Shown here: piece by piece, positions 26,261 to 39,163 of the stretch
How the letters are laid out: each line of letters begins with the position of its first letter
Position numbering within the stretch: position 1 is the first letter of the stretch
NCBI GenBank assembly: GCA_951406725.2
Contig: OX597817.1
Span: 146,196,001-146,260,000, forward strand
Source: Octopus vulgaris
Taxonomy: Eukaryota
Length of the DNA stretch: 64,000 bases
Reading direction: 5' to 3'
The notes under the pieces: model-generated
Seen by the model: only the letters and a program-made list of their open reading frames with translations
Databases searched by the model: none
What the model was told of the DNA's origin: nothing
Translations under genes and position numbers: made by a program

Positions 26261-28237
26261 TGCTACAAAGGTAAAGGTGACGCTTTAGATACAAATAATT
26301 ACAAGTTGTTGGACCAGGTAATGAAGGTCATGGAGAGGGTCATAGCTCAACTAATTAGGGAGAGAGTCAGTTTAGATGAGATGCAGTTTGAGTTCGTGCC
26401 AGGGAAAAGCATCACTGATGCTATATTTCTGGTAAGACAGCTGCAGGAGAAATACCTAGCCAAATATAAGCCTCTGTACCTGGCTTTCGCTGACATGGAG
26501 AAAGCCTTCACAAGGTTCACCGATCCCTTATCTGGTGGTCAATGAGGAAACTAGGGATAGATGAATGGTTAGTAAGAGCTGTGCAAGCTATGTACAGGGA
26601 TGCTGTCAGTAAGGTGAGGGTTGACGAGTACAGTGAAGAATTCTGGGTAGAGATAGGGGTCCACCAAGGTTCAGTCCTCAGCTCCCTCCTACTTATCATA
26701 ATCCTCCAGGCAATAAGTCCTCAGAGCTCCTCTATGCTGATGACCTTGTTCTAATTGCTAAATCACTATCAGAATTAGAGAAGAAGTTTCAGGTGTGGAA
26801 GCAAGGATTAGAATCGAAGAGCCTTAGAGTCGATCTAGCTAAAACCAAAGTGCTAATAAGTAGGAAGGTAGACAAACCATAAATCCCTGCTCGATCTGTA
26901 GAAAAGGCGTAGGTAGAAACTCTATAAAATGTACCCAGTGTAAGCTATGGACATATAAGAGGTGCAGCAATATCAAAGGAAGGCTAACTGGGAAGATAGT
27001 TTTTGTATGTGGCAGATGCTCAGGAGCAATAAACACTGAAAATGTGCAGAGAAGAACTTCTGCCACATTCCAGGGAGAAAAACTAGAAATAGTTGATAGC
27101 TTCCGTTACCTAGGTAACCAAGTCAGTAGCGGGGGAGGGTGTGCTGAAAGTGTAGCTGCTAGAATAAGAATAGCCTGGGCAAAGTTCAGAGAGCTCTTAC
27201 CTCTGCTGGTGACAAAGGGCCTCTCACTCAGAGTAAAAGGTAGACTGTACGACGCATGTGTATGAACAGCCATGCTACATGGTAGTGAAACATGGGCTGT
27301 GACGGCTGAAAACATGCGTAAGGAATGAAGCCAGTATGCTCCGCTGGATGTGTAATGTCAGTGTGCATACTTGACAGAATGTAAGTACCTTGAGAGAAAA
27401 GTTGGACCTAAGAAGCACCAGCTGTGGTGTGCAAGAGAGACGACTGCACTGGTATAGTCATGTGGAAAGAATGGATGAGGATAGCTGTGTGAAAAAGTGC
27501 CACACCCTAGCAGTTGAGGGAACCTGTGGAAGGGGTAGACTCAGGAAAACCTGGGATGAGGTGGTGAAGCACGACCTTCCAACATTAGGCCTTACCGAGG
27601 CAATGACTAATGTCAGAGACCTTTGGAAATATGCTGTGCGTGAGAAGACCCAGCAAGCCAAGTGAGACCATAACCCGTGACCTATGCCAGGGGTGTAACC
27701 AGCCCACTTATGCATACCTTTCCTTCATTGGACACCAAACTCTGCTTGTGAAGACCTGTTGAGGCAAGTGAAATTGACATGAAATCAAATTCGATGACTG
27801 GCACCTGTGCCAGTGGAGCACTAAGAGCACCATTCGTGTGTGATCATTACTAGTGTCGCCTTACTGGCACATGAAAAGACAGTCGAGCAAGGTCATTGCC
27901 AGTACCACTGGACTGGCTCCTGTGCAGATGGCACATAAGACCTTTTGAATGTTGGGTCTCATGGAGGCAATGACAAATGACAGACCTTTGAAAATAAGCC
28001 ATGCTTGAGTAGAAGACCCATCAAACCAAGTGAAATTGCAATCGTGACAGATACTGGTGTCACACAAATGGTTACTGTGCTGGTGGCATGTAAAAATATC
28101 CATTACACTCTCTCAGAGTGGCTGGCATTAAGAAGGGCATCCAGCCATAGAAACCATGCCAAATCAGACTGGGATCTGGTACAGTCCATCAGCTTGCCAA
28201 CCCATGCCAGCATGAACAACGGATGTTAAATGATGAC
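26261..28237 (+). mobile_element. 5'-truncated RTE-clade LINE (reverse transcriptase pseudogene plus 3'UTR)
   Basis: QFEFVPGKSITDAIF, LAFADMEKAF, GVHQGSVLS, YADD at 26733-26744, FRYLG, GRGRLRKTW; 3'UTR ends in the (GAT) tail; frameshifted. Confidence 0.95.
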
Positions 28238-28869
28238 AGTAATAGTGTATAAAAGAATAATAACCTATTTAAGAATACATCTTGCTGACCACATACATTG
28301 AGAGAGGTTTCCTTTCTTTCTTACCTAATTACTTTTCTAACATCACCTGAGCTCTATATTTCTAAGCATAAGTCAAAGTTACCATCTTCTATCTTGTTTT
28401 TCACACATGTTAGCATAAGCTGCTCCATTTACAAGTACTATATTAGTAATAAAATAATATAATATAGTCTAAGGGTAACAAGTGATAGACTTGTCAATTA
28501 CCAAAGCCAGTTTAAATTTCACACAAGCATAGATGGAATGAATTAACGCCTCTTCAATATCTTAAAAAACACAAAAAAAAACCTAATGCCTACTTTTTGT
28601 AAGATCTAATTACACCACTTAAGATATCCCTGTTTTAACAGTCTTTCCATCACCACACCCACCAGCTCATAAGAACCTTATCCATCACATGTACCATTTA
28701 TTTTTATCATGTCTAAAGCAGGGCATACATCTTTGTTGAATACACCACCCATTTCTCTCATGTGCAACTGTTTATGATTGTCTACAGATGATCTTAAAAT
28801 ACATTACTATATACAATATAACTAATTTAATTTTCATTTTAGGCTTATATATTAAATGTTAATTACCTC

Positions 28870-31560
28870 TAGATATGAAGAGAAAAGGGGAAAAATATGG
28901 AAACTTTGATAACTGATGACAACCTCATTCACAATTGGGGTTAGCAATGTCATGGTGGCTACTCCCAACTTAAATGTTATGAATATGTTACAAGGAATAA
29001 AGAGGGATCATGACCTTTGGAGTTCTCTAACACAAATGACCTGCTTGCATCACTAACCTCAGATACCCAGTCACCTACCAAGATGGTAAAAACACAATCC
29101 AGCAGACTATACTCACCAGAAAGTGGGATAGACAACTGGTTGTGAACATTATAGTGATCAGTGACCTCAGAATAAGGGCTGGTGAACTCAGAGACACAAG
29201 ACCATCTGGAAAACAAAGGTGTGGAAACTAAAAGAACTTTTGGCAAGTTGTTGGTTCAATGAAGTTATTACGTGGCATGTATGGTGAGAAGGAAGAGATT
29301 AGAGACTTATGAGATGGAGGATAATCTGGTGCAAGTCACAGAGCAGATCTGTAAGTTGAGCAAGGTTCTAGCTAGACTTAAAATGACATGATGGTAGAAT
29401 AGTACAGTAAACAGAACTATAATACAGTAAAGAAAACTACAAAAGAGACAGGTCTGGAAAGATGGGAAGAAAAAGAGGAACAAGAAACAATATCAGCAAA
29501 CTAGAAAATGAAAATAAAAAGTTTGTCAAAGTTCTGCATGAGAAAACCAGAGGCATGAAGTGTTCCAAATTGCAAAGCTGTGTGTCAGTGTGAATCAATA
29601 CAAGATTGGAGGGAAATGTACACAGAATGATAGCAATGCACTTGCCCTTAATAATAATACAGAGAAGTAAAAATCATAGGAATGTTACTGAGAGAGGTTG
29701 CTGAATGAGGAGAATGCATGGGAGAGTGAGGAACTACAACAAGTAGGCCAGCTATTATAGTTGAAAGCTACACAGATGAAAGTGCAACTCTGAACCATCA
29801 GATATAATTGTTGATATACTGAAAATATCTGGCAAATTTATATGCTCACTAGTTTCTTGTATAGTCAAACAGGTAGTACAAGGAAGTGTCATATCCAATG
29901 ACTACTGTAGGAGTATAATCACCAAATGCTACAAAGAGATTCTAGAAAAAACAATTATAGAAGCACCAAATTTGATAAACCAAGCCATTAAATTAACAGA
30001 AAGAGCTACATAGCACAACTGATTAGGAAGAGAATAAGCTTAGATGAGATGCAGTTCAGGATAGATATCACTTATGCCTTCTAATAGACAACTGTTGAAA
30101 TTCTTAGCAAATGCAAACCATGATAGCTAACATACATTAGCCTGGAAAAGGCCTTTGACACAGTACTATGCTATGTGTAGTTTAGTAGTCTTTGAAAAAA
30201 TGAGAGGTGGTGAACTGGTACAGTCATTAAAGTGTCAGACAAGAATGTTTTGCAGTATTTGTTTCCACTCTCTGCACTCTGGTCAAATCATGCCATGGTC
30301 AACTTTGCATTTCATCCTTTGGGGATTGATAAAATGTACCAATCCAAAGTGGTGATTTGGCAAAATTGTAAGAATGTCAGATTGGATGCCTTGCAATATT
30401 TGTTCTGGCTCTTTGCATTCTGAGTTCAAATCCTGTTATGGCTTACTTGGGTAGTAGACTTGCTGCCTGGTTTATCACTCCCACCTGGTTTCTTGAGACC
30501 TTTTGGCAGAGACCACTTGGTTGCAAACATTCAAGAAAAGTTTCTAGTTTGGAAATACCTTCCTTCCACCAATTTCAGTGGTCCTGTAACAGGTCCCAAC
30601 ACAAGAAAGATGAGTAAAATGAGAGATAGCAATGAGTTTAAAGAGGGATTTAGTCACCATGTAGGCAACTATCAGAAATCAGTTTTCAGACCCCTTCTAT
30701 TCATTATTGTTCTGTGGGTGATAAGAGAGGCAGTCTGTAGGAACTTCTGTAAGCTGACGAGCTGATTTTTATAGCTTGACCTGTTGAAGAGAATAAATTT
30801 CACATGTAGAAGCAAAACCTAGAGTAAGTCACAAAGTAAACTTGACAAAGAAAAAAGGTTTAGTTTACAGGAAAGAAGACATCAGGACTGAACTGCTATC
30901 TAGGAAAAGGCCATGTTCAATATACATATATAAGAAAAAGGATCAAGGTAGGAACTCCATAAAGCATACCTAATGTTTAAAAGATGTGGTGGCATAAGCA
31001 GCAAATGCACAGTAGTAGTTTGCAGTAAGATCACCCATGAAATAAATCCTTTCAAATGCTAGGAAGGCTCCTTAGAGGAAGTTATAGCTGACAGCTTCTG
31101 TTACTTACGTGATCTAATTAACAGTGGAAGACATTCAGGAAGCATAATAGCTGAAGTAAGTACAAAGTGGAGAAAGCTCAGGAAGCTATTACCTCTGCTG
31201 GCAACAAAATGATTTTCTCTCTGAGTGAAGGGCACATTGTATAATACTTGTGTACCAAGTACAATGTACCACTGAAGAGGAATCGGATGCAGTGTATGTG
31301 ATAGAGAAGAGTGCACTGGTACAGACATGTGAGACATATGGAGGATGACTGCTGGTCTGGAGTGCGAACCAATCTAAGTGGAAGATCTCTGTAGAAGATA
31401 AAAACCAAGGAAACTTAGGAAGAAGTGGTGATGAAGGCTGATCTGAAGAGGTTGAACATACAAGATGACAAACAACTGCAAAAAATGAAAGGACACTGTC
31501 CCAGAGAAAACAGTTCTAACCCATAATATCATGGAAAAGCAGACATAAGGTGTTGACAAT
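28870..31560 (+). mobile_element. Older, longer RTE-clade LINE copy interrupted by SINEs at ~30215-30450
   Basis: LIRKRISLDEMQF, LEKAFD, SVFRPLLFIIVL, FCYL-DLINSG, KWRKLRKLLPLLATK; many lesions. Confidence 0.8.
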
Positions 31561-31964
31561 TATCAAGGAACCCACCACTTTAAAAGAATAAAATTGTGAT
31601 GATAAATAAATACATAGGTAGCATATGACCAACTTTAAATCTTAGAAGCACAAACTTGTTGCTTTAGTTGTTTTGCAGTAAACTATATATATGTTTATTA
31701 CATGGTTGTTTCTGATTTACTATGCATAAATATAGTAAAACATAAAATTACTGGTTGATGATGAAGGTATTGATAAAAAGAAATAAATGGTATTCCTTCA
31801 ACATCTGTTTTTCAAGTAAGGGATATTTATTCTAAGGAATTCAAAAGTGCAGATCTTGTGGATGATCTGTTGACAGGAAATGTCAACAAACATCACCAGA
31901 TGCAGTCCAACCACAAATAGTGACTCTTCCTCTGAAGTTATAGTTTATGCAGACACATAGACAC

Positions 31965-32131
31965 ATGCAAACTTAATCGCTCAAGGCATTTGTTGGACTA
32001 AGGCTATAGTAGAAGAGACTTACCTCAGGTGCTGTGCAGTGAGACTGAACTCAGAACAACACAGTTGAGAAATAAACCTCTTAGTCACATAGCCATGCTT
32101 ATGCGCCTCTCTCTCTCTCTCTTTCTCTCAT

Positions 32132-32162
<31 letters not shown>
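31965..32162 (-). mobile_element. SINE head plus compound (CT)n(CA)n(TA)n microsatellite
   Basis: ggctatagtagaaga..gactgaact..cacatagccatgc; repeat read directly. Confidence 0.75.
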
Positions 32163-32163
<1 letters not shown>

Positions 32164-32302
32164 TTATAGACATGGTCTTCTGCAATGCACCAGTCAGTCA
32201 GTCCAAAGGAAGATTATAGAAAACATTTGCCCAACCATTTTACCATTTTATAAAACAATTTTAAACAATTGTGGCAGGATTGCTTTCATCTGATTAGAAG
32301 TA

Positions 32303-33178
32303 TTGTGTCAAGTCAAAAGTTTTACATTTTGGTAACTTATTTGCTTTATTCATCAAGTCACAACAAAAGCAGCCGAGCATTCAAAGTAGAGGCCTTTGTG
32401 TTGCACCACCTGAAGCTATCTTTCCACCAATTCTTTGATCCCCATGCTGATACCTGTTCGTGTCCTTTGAGACTCCACTGAAGCTTCCACCTTAGTGTTT
32501 GATGAAGTGTCATGAGCACAGAAGTGAGTCATAGATCAGAACAAGTAATAATCTGAGGGAGTTAGGTCCAGGCTGTATACTGGGTGTGGCATCAGTTTCA
32601 TTCCCTCAAGTTCCTGGAGTTTATTCTGGGTAGTTCAAGTGGTATGAGGTCTTGCATTGTTTTGCTGCAGAAGAGCTTGCTTTCTGTTAACCAATGCCAG
32701 CTATTTTTGCCACACAATGTCATACATCCACTCCAGCTGTCCAGAGTACAAGTAGGCATCAATGGTTTGACTGCCCAAACAAACTTATAGTGAATTATCC
32801 CTTCATAATTCCACCAGACACAGAGCATCATCTGATGTTCAAAACGCCCATACTTGGCAACAGATTCCAGAAGCTGGCTCTTGCCACTGCCTATGCATGT
32901 GAGGATTGTGGAAAAAATCTCCCTCAGATTACTTGTTCCAATCCATGACTCACTTCCTGTGCTTGCAATTCAAGAGGAGGTTGGAGCTTCAGTGAAAGAG
33001 TTATTCATCTGAAGGACAAGAACTGGTATCAGCATGGGATCAAAGGACTGGCAGAAAGTTGGCTTCAGACAGTGCAACACGATGGCATCCACTTTGAATT
33101 CTAGGCTACTTTTGTTGCAACTTAATGAATAAAAGAAATAAGCTACCAAAATATTGCAAAACTTTCAAGTCAACACAA
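32303..33178. mobile_element. Mariner derivative made of two inverted 3' ends
   Basis: Both ends start TA|TTGTGT. Minus-strand MLCVWWNYEGIIHY...QQNNARPH...HPVYSLDLTPSDYYLF; plus-strand copy of SDY-LFQSMTHFL through to the TIR at ~32918-33178. Confidence 0.85.
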
Positions 33179-34089
33179 TATTTAAAAGACCATACTAACA
33201 AATAAAAAGAATGAGATCCATTTTTTTTTGAGTGGTAATTATTCTACTATAAAATAAGACTGGTAATTATTTTCCAGCCATATGGAGTGACTTAAGTAGT
33301 AAATGTTCCTGGATTCTTTAAAGATTTTAAATAGAAGAATGCTTTTATTCCCTACAAATTCACATTCCTGAATAAGCTCACACCCCCAACATTTTCAAGT
33401 GCTAATATTCAATATCCATTTTCCTAATAAAATTAATTAGCATATTCTGAAGTTATCACATTAAAATCTTAAATGACCATAACAGGTAAAAACTGTGACC
33501 CTTACTTGTATATTGTTCAAGGGTGCCACTATATGCCCACAAATGGCCTGCTTGAAAGATCAGTCAAATCTCTCTCAAATTATTTTGCACTTAGTAAAAA
33601 GATGAAGTGGTCACAGCTGGAATACCTTTGATCAAAGATCTGCTCATTCAAAACTACAGAACTGAAATAATATTTAATCATATTTTGCATACATTGCTCT
33701 GGATTGGAATTGGACTAGAAAACTTCAACTGTTGAATTCTCTAGATCCACTGAACCTAAGGACCAATATCCTAAAGACAAAACAGTTTTGAAACTTAATC
33801 TGAGCTACAATTTGTGTATATTTTTCCTTTAATAAAAGAATAACATTATCTAAGGAAAAAGTTTTAGATATGTATATAATTCATAAAACAAATAAGAGTA
33901 GAATTAAGTTTTGTTATGAATTTATTTTACTTCTAATTACTATCATCTGTCAATGATGGATGGGTAGCTATGGTTTGCATACACTTAATCCACTGCTCAG
34001 TTTAACCTAGCTCTTCAGTGCCTTTAGCCTACACTAGGTTTCCAATCTGAAAATAACTTCCTCGCTAGATTCCACAAGTCATAGAGGCT

Positions 34090-34605
34090 CTGCCATTACC
34101 CCTCTTAGTCAAAAGAAAATAAAATTTTAAAATACTAATTCAGATTTTGTGCCCATCCTCACCTATAGTCATGAATGTTGAATAATGAGCCAAAAGAATA
34201 TGGTCATGAATACAAGCGGTCAAAATGGAGTCCCTCTGAAGGATCTCTGGAGTAACATTACTCAACAAGGTGCACAGCTTGGATATCAAGAAGTCTCTCC
34301 AAGTTGAGCTGCTGCTTCTCTGCATTAAGAATCTACAGCTCCTGTACTACAGACATGTGATTAAAATGTCATAAGAAAGAATTGAAAAACAGATTATTCA
34401 AGTCAAGCTAACAGGCAGGAGACCTAGGAGTAGACTAAGAATGAGATGACTAGATAATATCTATAATCTCAGTTGGTCATGCTTAGGAATCCAGCTGGAA
34501 AGTATAAAGACGGTTACTTCTGATAAGACCTTAATAAAGGAAGTACTTGAGGACTACCCCTATGGCCTTCCAAGGAATAACAGGCAGAGAAAACGAATGG
34601 ATAGT
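34090..34605 (+). mobile_element. RTE-clade (Expander/Rex3-like) LINE 3' fragment, a different family from the 26 kb copy
   Basis: FVPILTYSHEC, ISGVTLLNKVHS.DI..SLQVELLLL, LTGRRPRSRLRMR.LDNI. Confidence 0.8.
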
Positions 34606-34907
34606 TGGCATTATGACATCTGTACACACCAAACAAAATGCTTGAATTTGCAGTTATGTTACCCTCTATTATCATTTAAAATTACTTTTGTTTTTCCTGA
34701 AATCAATATACTTGTGATCAATAATAATTTGTATGACATTGAAGTAGTAAGTTGTAATGAATCAAGTACAACTGATTAGACAAATTCAGCTTATTGATGA
34801 ACCATATGAATATATTTTATCAAAACTTGTTCAGATAATTGACAGGAGTTTACTAATGTTAGAAATGAAAATAAGATTTTTAAAAATAAATGTTTGATTG
34901 AGATTTA

Positions 34908-34997
34908 TTAATTTTTATCATTTAAATTTCTGTTATCAAATCTTTCATATGCTGACTGCAATATTTTTCTAGCACATTCCATTTCAGCATCATCTTT
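34908..34997 (-). CDS. Possible terminal coding exon KDDAEMECARKILQSAYERFDNRNLNDKN*
   Basis: Acceptor ttatttatttcAG (34999-34998); phase-0 open frame of 29 aa; stop overlaps AATAAA; not repeat-like. No homology recognised. Confidence 0.3.
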   Translation of the reverse strand, partial: KDDAEMECARKILQSAYERFDNRNLNDKN

Positions 34998-36211
34998 CTG
35001 AAATAAATAATTCAAAAGAGAAATAACTGGTGTAAGCTTACTGAAGCTCACTTGAAAAGGAAGTGGGAGGACAGAAAATATGTTTTGTATTAAAATGACC
35101 TTCACAGTTCTATTCCACTATGTTTATAGATTAGATCTCTCGAGGAAAAAGCATATAGGACATAATTAGCAACTGCAAAGGAAATATAAAACAAACTGAG
35201 TGGGAACTGATCTCAGACCTTTAAGATTACAGCTAAATGATTTGCCAACAATGTAATGGACTTGTACCCGTTGTTATATACTTCAGCCATTTCATAATAA
35301 TTCTGTTCAACATTTACATCATCTGACTGCTACTGCCTAACCTGTTAAATCTTGAATGTCATCTGTTATAAGCTCTTCAAGGCATATATTCAATGCACTA
35401 CCAACAACATCCATTCATACTATCATCAAAACATTGAGCTGTTTTATTTCACCACAAAAACATGTAATTTAGAAAATTACATCTTTAAATAGATTGGTTT
35501 CCAAGTATCAATATGGTGTAGTTTTCTTTTTTTATTACATTTCAAAATAATAATATAATATAAATAGCTTTAAAAATAAAACAAAGTAATTCTTTGTTGG
35601 CTTTGTGTCTTATAATAATTGTACAATATTCGTTTCCTTTGATTAGTTAATAAGGGTAATGTTTGTATGGGATGGGTATAGTTGACTGAATCAAACTAGA
35701 ACCTCTAGTAGAATGAAAGCCGAATTAACCCCCTAGTAGGATTTGTACTCACAGTAGTCTGATATTAAACAATATCAGTCTGACAATAAACCTCATGTCA
35801 CATTACAATCTTTACATGTAAGTCTAAATATTTCTATTAAATATGCAGGAAGTATTTCCATTCATTAAAGGTTATGTCATACAACCTTTTTATCCAGATG
35901 AATGTTGGAAAGGCTTGATTTTAATTCCTTTCAAAACATGATTGTTTTACTTTGAAATTACTATTTGAATTTTTCCAACTACACAGAAAGTCAGGTTGCT
36001 CTAGTGCAGTGGCCCTTAAACACTAGGAGCATTGTGAGCTCATAAGGGAGAGGCAAAGGAAGTACAATGAGGAGCAGTGATTCTTCTTAGAAATAAAATA
36101 ATCCAACTAGGCACAATATTTATATTTTAGACTCATTCTTAAAAAATACGGTCAATAGAAATGATTGACTGATGATGGTCCAAGAACCAATATAATTTCA
36201 TTACATTAGAT

Positions 36212-36960
36212 GCAGGCATGGTTGTATGATTAAGAAGTTTGCTTTACAACCATGTGGTTTTGATCCCATTGTAGATCAAGTGTTTTCTCTCATTAATCCC
36301 AGACCAGCCAAAACCATGTGAGTGAATTTGATAGATGGAAATTGAAAGAATTCCTTTTTTTAAAAAAATTTTAAGGAAAATATGCTGTTAGAAGAGACAT
36401 GGGTGTGATTAAGAAGTTTACTTCCTAACCACATGGTTTTGTGTTCAGCTTTGCAAGTGGATTTGGTAGATGGAAACTATCTGTGTGTGTGTGTTTACAA
36501 GTTACTTTGAAAGTTTGGGTGCATTGGTGGTATTGTTATTGTCAGTTCCCTTGTCAGCAAATCATCTGCTTGTTTCATGCCTTTGAAGTCATATGGAATA
36601 AGAGATCCCTTTAAAAAAATTAAGGGTTAGCAAAAGGATGGACATCCAGCAATAAAGCAACACTCCAATAACATTCACCTAACCCATGCCAACATGGAAA
36701 AACATGTACACATGAGCATAAAAAATAATATGGTGACTAAATGAAGTACTGCTCATAAAAAATAGTGACTAATTTGTTAATCTCCTATGTAAACAGGTCC
36801 AGCCATTGATGTTTGCTTGAAAGACTACAGAAAATATTAACTTGCTTGAAGACAGTTGAGTAGTGGCAACAGGAAAAGCATCAGACCATGGAAAATCTAT
36901 CTCAATGAATTTCACATGGCCCGTGCAAGTATGGAAAAGTAGATGTTAAAACAATGATGA
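36212..36960 (+). mobile_element. Cluster of SINE heads and RTE-tail fragments
   Basis: gattaagaagttt(g/a)ctt..aacca occurs twice; ccatgccaacatggaaaa; gcaagtatggaaaagtagatgttaaa..gatgat. Confidence 0.65.
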
Positions 36961-36976
36961 TCGTGGTAGTTCTTAC

Positions 36977-37021
36977 CTTCCTTAGTAATTCCCATAAAAA
37001 TTTAATATAGGAGAGACTAGT
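36977..37021 (-). CDS. Possible 45-nt phase 0-0 exon TSLSYIKFLWELLRK
   Basis: Acceptor atatttgtgtAG and donor AAG|GTAAGA; open frame. Confidence 0.25.
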
Positions 37022-37494
37022 CTACACAAATATCTTAAAAGACATACATGGTTCATGAAACAATATACCACTGCGCAAAATTAACTATTTAATTAACCAG
37101 CAGGATTTTTTTCTTTTTTAACAAAACATGAGGAAGGGGACATTTGTAGAACACTATTGCTGCTGGGGCTATGCTACAAATGAACTGCCGTTCTAATGAG
37201 ATTTATCTAAAGAAAATTAAAATTTTAATTAAATCTATAATCACTGCCTTCTGTTTGAAGATTAACACTTTAATACAGCTTTATAGTGAAGATCACTTTG
37301 TGAAAGCATGATTTAATTGACGTTTTCTTAAATTTGTATTTTAGTTCTCAATCTAAAAATGTTCAGGTTTCACATTGAAGGATCATCTGCCAGAGAAGAG
37401 ATTAAGAGCATTCATTTTTCCCAAACCAAGTTAACAAATTTTTAACAACTATGTTGTGTTCCTAATGTCTTCTTATAGAATTAACTACACATTC

Positions 37495-38570
37495 AGCTAA
37501 ATTTTGTTCAGTCAAAATTGAAGACATATCTTTACATTATCACTGCACATTGCAAGGTCAGCAGAAATGCATGATTCTTGTATTATATGGCATGTCAACA
37601 TGTGTTTCATAGTTTGTAACAGTCTAACATAGTATCACTGAAAGAGCTTTATGTCACCTTTGTTCTGCCAACTCCAATTCTCAATCAACTGAGCTATTTC
37701 CACTTAACCCACCTTACTCTGGGTGGCAACTATTTACTTTGCCACCATTTCCAGTGATACTGAAGGTGGTAGACTGCTGGGTTTTTCCCTCCCAGTCATT
37801 CTTAGCACACTAGGCCTGAGATTGTCAAATGTTTGTTGGTTTAAGACAGCTTGTGATTAAACAGGAAGCATTAAGGACTGAATCTAACTTCTTTGTAAGA
37901 GTAAACCTATCCTACAATGAGCTGGTGTACTCAAGAATAAAATAGTAGAAAGGATAGTTGAATAGAGAGGTTGTGGACCTGCATTTCCTTTTGCAATTGT
38001 GAGCTTGCTGACAATGTTGTTGTAAGCACTGAATTTTGCTTTTAACTTCCGGATCTGGGTCTTGAAGTTGAGATGTCTACCAGAAGTGACATTTAAGTAT
38101 CCTGAGTATTTACCTTTTGAATACTCAGGGTGTTCCACAAAGTTACTTGAAGTTGGAATTTTGGTTTGGCACAGAGGTAGTTCTCTTCATAACAAACAGC
38201 TGCACCCGGATTGAACAGTATACATAAATTAATATATTTCACGATTTCCTCATTAGTCATTGGTGTAGAAGTTGGAAAGTAAAGGAAAAAATATGTGCTT
38301 AAGGTAGAAAAACCTATACCATCTACCACTAGAGTCCAAATATATCTCACTCTCCAGCATATTTTCAATCAACTCTGGAAGGCAGATATTCTTTATGATC
38401 TATACAACTTTGCTGAATAAGTCTCAAGAATTGACTGTGGTGTTACATGCTGCAGAGGATCTTCAAGGACCCACCAGTTCTTAAAACCATCCCTTGATAT
38501 GCTGGAAGTTTTAGTACATGGTTTAGTGTTGATTTACCAGGAAGAAATCTGGCTTAGCATTTACTGATTT
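37495..38570 (-). mobile_element. Decayed Vingi/Ingi-like (I group) LINE
   Basis: ARFLPGKSTLNHVLKL (cf. QAGFRPGKS), YLNVTSGRHLNFKTQIRKLKAKFSAYNNIVSKL (cf. YLGVTLDRTL..KAKV..RNN), and C-terminal QTMKHMLTC..ADLAMC. Confidence 0.75.
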
Positions 38571-38607
38571 TCTTTCTTTCTTTTTTTTTTTTGAAATTGT
38601 TTTATTC

Positions 38608-38965
38608 ACAGGTCTTATGGCTGTGTTGTAAGAAGCTTGCTTCCCAACCACATGGTTTCAGATTCAGTCCCACTGCATGGCACCTTGAGCAAGTATCTTT
38701 TACTATAGCCTCAGGCCAACCAAGTAGATTTGTGTGTGTGAGTGTGTGTCTTTGTACCTGTGTTTGTCACCCACTGCAGCTTCACAACCATTGTTAGTGT
38801 GTTTACATCCCCATAACATAGTGGTTCAGCAAAAGAAACCAATAGAATAAGTACTAGGCGTTATAAAGTAAGTCCCAGGGTTGATTTGTTCAACTAAAAA
38901 TCGCTTCAAGGTGGTGTCCCGGCATGACTGCAGTCAAAATGACTGAAACGAGTAAAAGATAAAAG
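38608..38965 (+). mobile_element. Near-complete tRNA/CORE-like SINE
   Basis: Head ...ttcagtcccactgcatggcaccttgagcaagtatctt; tail aatagaataagtactagg...gactgaaacgagtaaaagataaaag. Confidence 0.85.
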
Positions 38966-39163
38966 GTAACACATAATCTGCAAGGAAGCTGATTTGGTCA
39001 ACTTATTTTTCTGTAAATTTTACTATTAAATTTATTTAACTTAGATTTTAACAGAGAATACAAAGAACAATTTGTATATATGAATGTAAGAGAATAGAAT
39101 GTGAGAATTTCTTTTATATATATTTTTCTTTTTTGTAGTGTTGTGTTTAAATGTAAACCTGTA

